64,000 nucleotides of DNA from a bacterium (GTDB taxonomy: Bacteria; UBA8248): positions 1,345,489-1,409,488 of the forward strand of contig CBDBBI010000010.1 of the NCBI GenBank assembly GCA_965202625.1, written 5' to 3'. Under the pieces are notes generated by a model. The model was not told the DNA's origin. It was given only the letters and a program-made list of their open reading frames with translations, and did not search any database. The position numbers were made by a program, and so were the translations under genes. Shown one piece after another: positions 38,152 through 47,053 of the stretch. Every line of letters starts with the position of its first letter. The first letter of the stretch is position 1.

Positions 38152-38946
38152 TCACGCTTTGTCATCATATAGAAAGGTCCTGTCCCCCGCGCTATCAAAC
38201 CCATGCTCCCTCAACCAATGTTCCACGCCCGGTATTTGCCAATCATAGTCCACGTCCACTCCTCCCCATTGCCGCAGTGGGTAAATGCGCTTCCCCATCC
38301 ATTTCTGCGGCAGAAGTCCATCTTCCATTTTTTCCAGACAGTGCGGACGCACAATGGAAAGCCCCATGTCCGCAAACCACGCGTCCCCCTGCGAATCCCG
38401 ATCACAATTCATACTATCGGGGTCGCCAAACGTCTCAAACGGAACGAAGGGACGCAACAGGCCATCTTCCCCAATCTTCCGCGCCCGAAGGGGACTCCAC
38501 ATGTTGTAACAAGAAACGGTAACCGCCGAATCGTAAGAAGGATTTTCCCGCAATACCCGAATCCCCTCCTCAATCGTTTCAGGCAATACCGTAGGCGCAT
38601 TGCAAAAAAGAAGGACAAAGAGTTCTACCTCCACGCCCAACGTATTTTGCGCATCCGTTATGGCCTGATACCCATGCACGTAAGCGTCCTCGCCAAGTGC
38701 TTCTTTCGTGGCCAATTTTGGCGGCCGCGCAATCACCCGCGCCCCCATCTCACGGGCAAGGCCCATCAATTTTTCATCGTCCGTCGAGAGATACACGTCA
38801 TTCACGCTCGGCGCATCCAAAGCTGCTTTCAAGGGATAATAGGAAAGCTGCCGCCCCAAAACCGGATGGGTGTTTTTGCCGGGAAATCCTGTGCTTCCTT
38901 TTCTTCCCAACAGCAATGCGGCTACGTAATTTTTCTTCTCATTCAT
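38152..38946 (-). CDS. Acylneuraminate/Kdo-type cytidylyltransferase family protein
   Basis: LLGRKGSTGFPGKN, YLSTDD, VIARPPKLA, VDVDYDWQ. Confidence 0.85.
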   Translation of the reverse strand: MNEKKNYVAALLLGRKGSTGFPGKNTHPVLGRQLSYYPLKAALDAPSVNDVYLSTDDEKLMGLAREMGARVIARPPKLATKEALGEDAYVHGYQAITDAQNTLGVEVELFVLLFCNAPTVLPETIEEGIRVLRENPSYDSAVTVSCYNMWSPLRARKIGEDGLLRPFVPFETFGDPDSMNCDRDSQGDAWFADMGLSIVRPHCLEKMEDGLLPQKWMGKRIYPLRQWGGVDVDYDWQIPGVEHWLREHGFDSAGDRTFLYDDKA

Positions 38947-39003
38947 TTTTCTTCAAGCCCACCCGCATCACGCGATGAAGCACCAAACCACTTTCAAGCC
39001 GAT

Positions 39004-40776
39004 CTAGGACTGCAATTCCACGAATTCCCGGTATCGACCTTTCACCTCCATGAGAGCGGCATGGTTTCCCTCCTGAACGACTCGGCCATTCTCAATAACC
39101 AGAATCTTGTCCGCACTTTTTACCGTGGAGAGACGATGAGCGACGAGCAATATGGTCATCCGTCCGCTCAAGTTCTGCACGGCCGTCTGTATGAGGCGCT
39201 CGAACTCGCTATCGAGCGCACTCGTCGCTTCGTCCAAAACCAAAACTTGGGGAGAGCGAACCAGAGCTCTTGCGAGAGCCAGCCGCTGTTTCTGGCCCCC
39301 GGACAATTTGAACCCCCGGTTGCCGACGATCGTCTTGTATCCCTGGGGCAACTCCCTGATGTATTCGTGGGCATAGGCGATTTCCGTGGCCTTTCGCACC
39401 TCTTCCTCATCCGCTTCCATATTTCCATAAAGGATGTTGTTATACACAGTATCGTTAAAAAGATATGGGTCCTGCTCCACAACCCCGATTTGGTTCCGCC
39501 ATTCGCCCACGGAAATGTCTCTCAAATCTACGTTATCAACGTAAACGACGCCTTGTGTCGGATCATGAAGACGCAAGAACAGATCGACCAAAGTGGTCTT
39601 TCCGCCTCCGGAGGGGCCCACGAGCGCGGTAGTCGCAAACTTCTCAACCGATACGCTTATCTCGCTCAGCGCGTTATTCTTCGTCCCCGGATAGGAAAAC
39701 GACACCCTTTCGAACCTCACGCCCTCCTCCAGGACGCCAGCGCGCCTTTTCGGTAGATGCGCCTTGTCCGTTCTTTCCGCGTATTCCCTGATGCGCTCCA
39801 GGTGGGGGGTGAGCTCTTTGATCATGACCCAGGAGTTGTTTATCACTTTCAGTTTGGGGAGAATCAGCAAAAGAATAACCAAAAACACGGTGAGGGTGAC
39901 AAAGGGAATTTCCAGAAATTCAACGGCAACGACCATACCAACAACCATGATGACGAAAAAGAGCGGTTCGTGAAACAAGGATACGATAATTCTGTTGTCC
40001 ACGATTTGAACCGAGACCCGACGATAATTGTTTACGCGGCTTGCATAATGCGCAACGTGGTGTGCGACGTTTCCAAAGACCTTTACCGTCTTGATTCCAG
40101 AGAATACGTCATAAAGATAGGAGTTGATGCTCTCCACGCCTTGCGACTCTTGCTTTCCCTTCAAATATCCCTTCTGAAAACGCGGGAGCAGGAAAAAATA
40201 AGAAATGGATGATATGCCCACAACCATAGCGGTAAGCGAAAAAGAGACCATCAAATTCATGGACAAATACAGGGCGCAGAAAAAAATACTGCTCACAATG
40301 AGCACCAGGTATTCGAAAATAGCGCCGGAATTATGCGCGGACGTGAACTGAACAGCAATGAGATCTCCGACTTTTTTTTGATAAAAAAACGAGAGGGGAA
40401 GGTTCACGAGGTTTCGAAAGGCTTTCTCCCTCATGTCGCATGTAATTTTAGAACTCAGGACCCGCGCGAAATGCATAGAAGCAGCAACCAAAACATATTT
40501 GGTCAGCGTAGCGAGCGTGAATAGAACGATGAGATTCCAGAACGAATACTCCAGGCCAATGATCCCGAATGCCCATTTAGCGGTCGTCGTAAAGATGTGG
40601 CTTGTTTCGACTCCCTCAATAGATTGAAATATGGGCATCAGCATGCCCAGACCGATGCTCTCGAACATCGTCGCCAAAACAAGTACGAAAAAATACAAAA
40701 AAAGGATCTTCTTGTAGTCACGAACGATGGTGAGAATATTCTTTCGCTCGTCATGCACAGGCTTTCTCATCCGCAC
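39004..40776 (-). CDS. ABC exporter, fused permease/ATPase (MsbA/PglK-like glycolipid flippase candidate)
   Basis: Six-TM domain; GPSGGGKTT Walker A, LSGGQKQR, LVLDEATSALD, AHRLST. Confidence 0.93.
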   Translation of the reverse strand: MRMRKPVHDERKNILTIVRDYKKILFLYFFVLVLATMFESIGLGMLMPIFQSIEGVETSHIFTTTAKWAFGIIGLEYSFWNLIVLFTLATLTKYVLVAASMHFARVLSSKITCDMREKAFRNLVNLPLSFFYQKKVGDLIAVQFTSAHNSGAIFEYLVLIVSSIFFCALYLSMNLMVSFSLTAMVVGISSISYFFLLPRFQKGYLKGKQESQGVESINSYLYDVFSGIKTVKVFGNVAHHVAHYASRVNNYRRVSVQIVDNRIIVSLFHEPLFFVIMVVGMVVAVEFLEIPFVTLTVFLVILLLILPKLKVINNSWVMIKELTPHLERIREYAERTDKAHLPKRRAGVLEEGVRFERVSFSYPGTKNNALSEISVSVEKFATTALVGPSGGGKTTLVDLFLRLHDPTQGVVYVDNVDLRDISVGEWRNQIGVVEQDPYLFNDTVYNNILYGNMEADEEEVRKATEIAYAHEYIRELPQGYKTIVGNRGFKLSGGQKQRLALARALVRSPQVLVLDEATSALDSEFERLIQTAVQNLSGRMTILLVAHRLSTVKSADKILVIENGRVVQEGNHAALMEVKGRYREFVELQS

Positions 40777-40859
40777 GCACTCATTTCATCAAAGGGGGGG
40801 GAGGTAAAGCCCACCTGCCTTGTTGCGTCTCATATGCGGCGCAACAACTCCCGCGCAAC

Positions 40860-42101
40860 TCAGACTACTTTTGAAAAGGAGTCTATTTCCCGTCTTAATA
40901 CGCGCGCCATGCGCTCGGTGTTTCTTCCATCAAAATGGTAGTCCGAGTCCATGCGCAAGCGCTCCCAGTCGCAATCAAATCCCTCAAAACCGGACTCCAG
41001 CCCCTGTAAGGCGTCAAGCACGCCCTTTGCATCTCGCAGAACGAAATCCGATCCGTAGCCACTGTAAACGTAAGGCTCCATTCCCACATACGAAAAAGTA
41101 AATACCCGAGTGCCCACAACAGAGGCCTCGTTGATGCTCCAAGAAGCGTTCGGCGTAATCACCAGATCGCTGCCAACTATCAATTGGTGCGTATTCCATC
41201 TCTCGTGGTCTATGACGAATCGGGAATCCATATCAGGAAGATCAAAAAATCGCCTGATGCATTCGACGCTTCTCGAAACGCTTACTTCTCTGAAACGAAT
41301 GAATATATGGCAATCCAGATCGCGGCGTTGAAAATCCACCAGCGCCTTGAACATTGCATCCCATTGTTCAAGCGCGCAACAACTAAGCACTCCAGGCAAG
41401 AGAATAGTAACGATCCACCGCCGCTTTCCATGGCGATGGCGTATGTCTGAAATGATTTTCTCCTTTTTTTTGAATTCATCGAGCAGAAGATCCACGGTGT
41501 GCCTCCCCACTTTTTCCAGTTGCAACCCATTCCAGTAGGGGGAGAAAGTTCTCGAGTAGAGCTCGCAAAGAACCATGAGCTTGTCGAGATGAACAAAACT
41601 ACTTTCCGGCCTATTATAGATAGTTCCCGAATGAACGATGCCGATCCTTTTTCTACCGTCTCGATTCGCAACGATAGATTCAAGGACGTGGCCTTCGTTG
41701 TATTCGTTTCTGACCAGCTCTACGTCATATTTCACGTTCTCCATTTCGTATTGTTTCAAAATGTAGTGATACAGTGCTTTTGTCGTCGCTTTCGCCATAC
41801 TCGCCGACAAGTAGCTGGCACCCGGCCCATGCCTGAAACCTTTGGCGATGCGCCACGTGCACGCAAAAGTCCATTTGAGCAGAGCCAGATTCACGCCATA
41901 GCCATTCTTGTCCGCATAATCGTAACCCTTTGTTCTCATGTTGTCTTGCGATGTTTTCTTCTTGCCTGGCTTCTTCATCACAATTTTCCAATCGCCAAAA
42001 ATATGGATGATCTCACCGGGCCGAAATCCCACCTTATATAAATAAGAATCGTCAAGCCGGGTGAGAATATCCTGAACCTGCGGCTTATTGATTAGCGCCA
42101 T
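40860..42101 (-). CDS. Surface polysaccharide biosynthesis protein, C-terminal GT-B-like half of an apparently split gene
   Basis: ATG at 42101 overlaps upstream TAA; GIVHSG, FIRFR, SDLVITPNASWSINEA. Confidence 0.6.
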   Translation of the reverse strand: MALINKPQVQDILTRLDDSYLYKVGFRPGEIIHIFGDWKIVMKKPGKKKTSQDNMRTKGYDYADKNGYGVNLALLKWTFACTWRIAKGFRHGPGASYLSASMAKATTKALYHYILKQYEMENVKYDVELVRNEYNEGHVLESIVANRDGRKRIGIVHSGTIYNRPESSFVHLDKLMVLCELYSRTFSPYWNGLQLEKVGRHTVDLLLDEFKKKEKIISDIRHRHGKRRWIVTILLPGVLSCCALEQWDAMFKALVDFQRRDLDCHIFIRFREVSVSRSVECIRRFFDLPDMDSRFVIDHERWNTHQLIVGSDLVITPNASWSINEASVVGTRVFTFSYVGMEPYVYSGYGSDFVLRDAKGVLDALQGLESGFEGFDCDWERLRMDSDYHFDGRNTERMARVLRREIDSFSKVV

Positions 42102-42814
42102 TACCTCACACCGTCGTTGAAGATGCCGTGGATAACCGGCATGGCCAATGCGTATCGCTTGAGCGCGGAAGAAACCCGGCCGTTCTTGACGCACCGCAAA
42201 AAAATCGCGCCCGGGAGAAGCAAACATGCGAGGCGCCATCCATACGCCTGAAGAATGTTTGTGAACTTCGTCGCAAAACGCGAATAGCGCGAACCGCCGC
42301 CATCCTGCAGCGGTGGATGAAACGCGCCCAAAAACTCCATACTCCCATTCGACACGGAGACGACGTTCTCGTTTTTACTCTTTAATTCTTCATAAAGTTT
42401 CGCATACGCGTACCTATCGATAACTATCCGCACCAGCCATATTTGATAGAATTTGACGATGTGATCACTATGGACGACTCCATGCAATAGTTTGTATGAT
42501 GCCGTCCCTTGGATGTCGGCGCTTTTCTCGTCCAACAACTTCACCGCGTCTTCACTCACATCAAAATGATAATCCGCCGTTTCCTCCATCTGCACTGGCC
42601 GCACTTTCGCTTCAGGGTTGATCCAATTTATCAATCTTCTGATGATTTTTTGCGCCGCAGGCTCTTTGTCCCTACGTCCGCCGTAGAGGGACTTAGGAAA
42701 AAAGAGGACGTTCCGGGCGTTTCTGATAGCTTTCACGTGCAAAATAACTTTCAAAAGCGACCAGCTCTCAAACAAAAGAACATCTATCGCGCGCACCTTC
42801 ACCATAAGCATCAC
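42101..42814 (-). CDS. Hypothetical protein, probable N-terminal half of the split gene above
   Basis: 237-aa ORF in operon position, ends AMPVIHGIFNDGVR-TAA overlapping next ATG. Confidence 0.55.
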   Translation of the reverse strand: MMLMVKVRAIDVLLFESWSLLKVILHVKAIRNARNVLFFPKSLYGGRRDKEPAAQKIIRRLINWINPEAKVRPVQMEETADYHFDVSEDAVKLLDEKSADIQGTASYKLLHGVVHSDHIVKFYQIWLVRIVIDRYAYAKLYEELKSKNENVVSVSNGSMEFLGAFHPPLQDGGGSRYSRFATKFTNILQAYGWRLACLLLPGAIFLRCVKNGRVSSALKRYALAMPVIHGIFNDGVR

Positions 42815-42863
42815 TCCTTGAACCCGAAGATTTCCATCGCTGGTTCGTCTTGAGCCTATTAAA

Positions 42864-44258
42864 TCATTTGGAGAAGGTCGGGTTGCTTCTTTGCATCCAA
42901 TCCGTCCCTATTTTCTCCGCCAACCAGAATTCATATGGAGAATTGATTTTGACGCTTTCTTCGGGAAGCATGGTAATGTGTCCTACTTTTTCTCCAAATA
43001 ATTTTTTCGATAGTGTCACTTCCTTCCGGCTGAGGCAAATTGCCCCGTTTTCCTTGAACAATGCTTTCCTCTCCAAACGGAAGGTCCGGTTAGCAGAACC
43101 ATTTATGGGAAAAAGCCCGTTTCTTCCATGATGATAGAAAAAAGAAACGTCCTCGGTTATCGATATCACGGAATCCACGCCAAAAATGACCATGGAATCC
43201 ACAGCCTTATCAATATGCCGGCCTCTCCGAAATGGCGTGTTGACGTAGCACGTGCAAACGGCGTCAGGAGAATATCCCTGCCTTTCTTCTATCGTCCTTA
43301 CCACGTGAAACGCCGTATCCTCCACTCTGGAAAACCGCCTCCCCAACCCTTCGGGTCGAAAGAGGCCATCTACTCCCTCCAGTCGTTCTACATAGTCCAG
43401 AACGTCCGCATCGGACGAGGATACGACTACCTTATCGACGGATCGCGCTTTCTTGATTTCCTCGAGCGTTCGCTCCAACAGTGATTTTCCCATGAATTCC
43501 GTAAAAGGATTTCCGAGTGCGAATCCAGAGTCCACAGAAACGGGAACGAGGGCTAAAACTTTCGGCTTCCGCTTAAGGTTCATTTCCTCCACGACCCGCC
43601 GCTTGATCTGGCGGCGCGTTTCCAAGAGCGGACCTCGAGATTTCGACAAGCTGTCGCCATGCTGTCGATAATAAAACAGGGGCACGTTCACATTGTAGGG
43701 ACGATGCCGCTGAATGAATTTCAGCCACAGTCCATAACCGTCCTGGCGATTGAACTCCTCGTAATAACCGCCTATTTCCATCAGGACTTCTTTGCGGATC
43801 ATCGCGCATGCGCCATGGGCCGGAATATCCAGCAACTCGACTTCATCTCCTATTTTTTTGCGACGGACGATTTCCGTAACCTCTCCATTCTGGTCGACTT
43901 CATAATAATCCGGATACACCAAATCCACGTCGGGCTTTACGTCCAGGATGTTGGAAAGAACGAGGAGAATGTTCTCATCAAGGAAATCATCCGCATCCAC
44001 GCGCATCAGATATTCGCCATTGGCTGCGCGCAAAGCGATGTTGTTCGTAATATTCAAGCCTTTATTCTCTTGTTTGAGAATGCGAATCTTCGGATGATCT
44101 TTGTATTTTTCAAGCACTTGCGAAGTGTCGTCGGTCGAGCCGTCGTCAATGACGATCAACTCCCAGTCATCCATCGTCTGACGAAGGACGCTGCGAACCG
44201 CATCGTCAATAAAATGCGCATAGTTATACGTCGGAATATACACCGTGATTTTAGGCAT
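42864..44258 (-). CDS. Fusion: GT2 glycosyltransferase + degenerate cytidylyltransferase-like domain
   Basis: N-term IPTYNY, IDDGSTD, RVDADD; C-term VVVSSSD, RPEGL, FRRGRHIDKAV, ENGAI, KINSPYEFWLAE. Confidence 0.88.
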   Translation of the reverse strand: MPKITVYIPTYNYAHFIDDAVRSVLRQTMDDWELIVIDDGSTDDTSQVLEKYKDHPKIRILKQENKGLNITNNIALRAANGEYLMRVDADDFLDENILLVLSNILDVKPDVDLVYPDYYEVDQNGEVTEIVRRKKIGDEVELLDIPAHGACAMIRKEVLMEIGGYYEEFNRQDGYGLWLKFIQRHRPYNVNVPLFYYRQHGDSLSKSRGPLLETRRQIKRRVVEEMNLKRKPKVLALVPVSVDSGFALGNPFTEFMGKSLLERTLEEIKKARSVDKVVVSSSDADVLDYVERLEGVDGLFRPEGLGRRFSRVEDTAFHVVRTIEERQGYSPDAVCTCYVNTPFRRGRHIDKAVDSMVIFGVDSVISITEDVSFFYHHGRNGLFPINGSANRTFRLERKALFKENGAICLSRKEVTLSKKLFGEKVGHITMLPEESVKINSPYEFWLAEKIGTDWMQRSNPTFSK

Positions 44259-44297
44259 GACGAATCAACCCAGCGAGGCGCGCTTAAAAACCATCGT

Positions 44298-45890
44298 TTA
44301 CTTCACCATGTTCATGGCCAACGCCTGATCCGCCTTGATGTCCACTTTCGCTTCCTTGCCGAGCAAATCGTCGATCATCCAGCCCGGAAGGCCGTCGGCG
44401 GGCCTCTTCATGCCCAGCATGGAGGACTCTATCGTCTCTCCGGATTGAATGTCTCGTTCGGCGACAATGCTGCGCCGCGCGCTGTTGCGGGCGGGGTTTT
44501 CACGCTCGGCGACTTCAAGCGCGCCGCTGCCCAGGACGGTCTCCGCAAGACGGACGTTTTCCACCATCTTTTTCAAGTCCTCCGGATTCATCGAAAAGAA
44601 ATGTCCCGAGCCGGTCAGTTCCCGATCCAGAGTATAGTGCTTTTCAATGACTTTCGCCCCGAGAGCCACGCCCAGGGCGGGTATGGCCATATGCGCGTCC
44701 GGCTCCGTATGGTCGGACAAGCCAACGATAAGGCCGGGATATTTCTCCAGCAAGGCAGGGACGCGCAGAAGGTTCGCGTCCTCATTCGTCGTGGGATAAC
44801 TCAACATGCATGCCATGACGATGAGCTGATGGTTGCCTGCGTCGAAAATCGTGGAGACTGCCCGCTCAATCTCCTCCACCGTCGAGCCGCCGGTCGAAAG
44901 AATGACGGGCTTGCCAAAACCAGCCACGCGCCTGAGCAGTCGGCTGTCAGGAAGATCGCATGAGGCTATCTTGAAAAGCGACATGCCCAAATCGTTCAAC
45001 ATATCGGCGCTCTCCACGTCGAATGGCGTGGAAAATGGAATGACGTCTTTTTCAAGACTGTATGCGAAAAGCTCCTCGTATTCGAGAGCACCGAAACGAT
45101 CCAGCTGGCGGTAATACTCTATTTGCGGTATTTCCTTTCCCTGCCAGTAAGTCGTGGCTTCCTTGCGCGTCAAACGCTCCGCCTTGTAGGTCTGGAACTT
45201 GATCGCGTCCACTCCGGCTTCAGCGGCGAGGTCGATCATCTCCTTGGCCATCCGCATGTCGCACATGTGATTGCAAGCCGCCTCCGCAATAAGAAAGGCG
45301 GGATGGCCATCTCCTATCATTTTGTTTCCGACGGAAATCTCCTTCGCATACGGGCTCATCTCGTGCGCAGACATGAGAAGATCGAACGCGCGATGGACGT
45401 TGACGCAATCATCACGCACGGCGGACGCATACAACGGGGGCTTCGCCGTCAAGGCCCTCGTGCTCATAATGCGAAGTGCCCCGTTTCGCCTCCCCTTCCG
45501 GTCTACCGTGCACAGATCGTCTATTTTGTTGTCCTGCACGTATTTCAGCAGAGCGTCGAGGTCGCTTCTCCTGGTCGGATGGTCAGGCTGAATTCCGACA
45601 ACGAAAGAAACGCTCTCACTCCCCCATTCATTGAGGACGTCTTGATACACCTCCATCAAGGGCGCCTCGCCGGTGAGCGCATCGCCCCGAAAATGAACGA
45701 GCGCGTTATTTTGCCTCGCAATCTCGGCGACGTCCTCGGAATCGGTGGATACGACAATATCGTCCACGCTGTTAAACTTCTTCGCATAATGGATGGCGTG
45801 CGCAACCAGAGAAACGCCGTTGATCCTCAGCAGATTCTTATCCGGTAGACGATTAGAGCGCCGTTTGGCTGGTATGATGGCGACGATCAT
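44298..45890 (-). CDS. Fusion: NeuA-type cytidylyltransferase + NeuB-type nonulosonate synthase with SAF domain
   Basis: IIPAKRRSNRLPDKN, VSTDS; then IAEAACNH, KFQ, STPFD, KIAS, GLSDH, EKHY, MKRPADG. Confidence 0.92.
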   Translation of the reverse strand: MIVAIIPAKRRSNRLPDKNLLRINGVSLVAHAIHYAKKFNSVDDIVVSTDSEDVAEIARQNNALVHFRGDALTGEAPLMEVYQDVLNEWGSESVSFVVGIQPDHPTRRSDLDALLKYVQDNKIDDLCTVDRKGRRNGALRIMSTRALTAKPPLYASAVRDDCVNVHRAFDLLMSAHEMSPYAKEISVGNKMIGDGHPAFLIAEAACNHMCDMRMAKEMIDLAAEAGVDAIKFQTYKAERLTRKEATTYWQGKEIPQIEYYRQLDRFGALEYEELFAYSLEKDVIPFSTPFDVESADMLNDLGMSLFKIASCDLPDSRLLRRVAGFGKPVILSTGGSTVEEIERAVSTIFDAGNHQLIVMACMLSYPTTNEDANLLRVPALLEKYPGLIVGLSDHTEPDAHMAIPALGVALGAKVIEKHYTLDRELTGSGHFFSMNPEDLKKMVENVRLAETVLGSGALEVAERENPARNSARRSIVAERDIQSGETIESSMLGMKRPADGLPGWMIDDLLGKEAKVDIKADQALAMNMVK

Positions 45891-47053
45891 CTTTTGCCCC
45901 CCCCCCGTCTCTCATTATCTGCGGATAAGCCGCTCTTGGAGAGTTTCTCCAGAACGGATATGCAAGAATCCACTGAATCCATTGGCAAGCCGTCAAACGG
46001 GGCACGACAAATCTTTTCCCACTCTCCTTTCACAAACCACTTATCAAGCAGTCCCGAAAAACCTTCAAACGAACACACCTCACAAAGCGTTCCGGGTAAA
46101 TTTGCAGAAGCACCCAGGACGTCCGATAAGGAATCCAGCCGGAGGCTGATCGTTGGTCGGCCACAACAAATGGCTTCATACAAAATCATGGAGTCGAATC
46201 CTAATATGAGGTTCGAGGAAAATACAACATCAAGGGCTGAGGGCCCGGAATCTATTTTCAAGTTGGGAAACGGCGACGCGGCGGTTCCCCATACTTCTCG
46301 CTCTCTGGGGTGAAGCCTCAGAAAAAAAATTGCCTCATGCCCCGCTTTACGTATTTTTTCCTCACAAAGGCGGAGTGCCTCCTCAATGATGGGAAGCCTC
46401 TCTCCCTTCAAGAATGGCTCAACAATCTGGGCTCGCCCAAGACCGGTAAAAACAGGCTGCGTAAAGAGAGAGCAAATAAAATCTTCTTTGCCGAGGTTGT
46501 TTTCTCGCCGAAAATTCACTTCGCTATCCCGCTTGGACAAAAGCAGCATCTCGAGATGGGGGCTTCCCACGACTACCATCCTGCTTGAGGAGACGCCCTC
46601 AGCAATTCCCTGGTCTCGCGATCGCGCGTCAATGACGCCGAGCACGTCTGGAAGATAAGAAAAATTCTTGTCCTCGTCATGTATTCTATGCCAGCCCCTC
46701 CAATCGTCCATCAGCGCGAAGCTCTTGAGCCCGAGTTGCCTCGCAGCCATGATAATGTATCCGTTTGAAGGGTCATAGTTATTGTTTGACGTTGTGCAGA
46801 ATATTACGTCAGGAGACAGGCGAGAAAGCAGGTCGCACGCGCCTTCAATGCTGAGCGGCACTTGATTCACCAGAGTTTCAAGGGGGACAACCTCTATATC
46901 ATGCGCTTTGAATACTTCAATGGCGAAAAGATGCACTATTACGCACAGACGATATTTCTCCGGGCGAACAAGGCTTTTAACGACAGGTAAAATAGCGCGC
47001 GCGCCACCCGCATCCTGGGCATAAACCAAAACAACAGGTCGGCAAGATTTCAA
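45887..47053 (-). CDS. Uncharacterised GT-B-fold protein (candidate nonulosonate transferase or UDP-sugar hydrolase)
   Basis: QDAGGA, LMDDW, VVVGSPHLE, RLHPRE, GFDSMILYEA. Confidence 0.55.
   Translation of the reverse strand: MKSCRPVVLVYAQDAGGARAILPVVKSLVRPEKYRLCVIVHLFAIEVFKAHDIEVVPLETLVNQVPLSIEGACDLLSRLSPDVIFCTTSNNNYDPSNGYIIMAARQLGLKSFALMDDWRGWHRIHDEDKNFSYLPDVLGVIDARSRDQGIAEGVSSSRMVVVGSPHLEMLLLSKRDSEVNFRRENNLGKEDFICSLFTQPVFTGLGRAQIVEPFLKGERLPIIEEALRLCEEKIRKAGHEAIFFLRLHPREREVWGTAASPFPNLKIDSGPSALDVVFSSNLILGFDSMILYEAICCGRPTISLRLDSLSDVLGASANLPGTLCEVCSFEGFSGLLDKWFVKGEWEKICRAPFDGLPMDSVDSCISVLEKLSKSGLSADNERRGGGKR
45897..45906. repeat. C10/G10 homopolymer at the junction of two ORFs
   Basis: Minus strand CGG GGG GGG GGC AAA AGA TGA, with ATGA overlap at 45887-45890. 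Confidence 0.95.

Noticed and set aside
38203-39756. 517-aa plus-strand ORF
   Set aside because: Antisense shadow of the cytidylyltransferase and ABC exporter; no motifs
43659-44963. 434-aa plus-strand ORF (and similar long ORFs at 14918-16042, 16070-17071, 6055-7011, 2714-3571)
   Set aside because: Antisense shadows of well-supported genes, expected in GC-rich DNA
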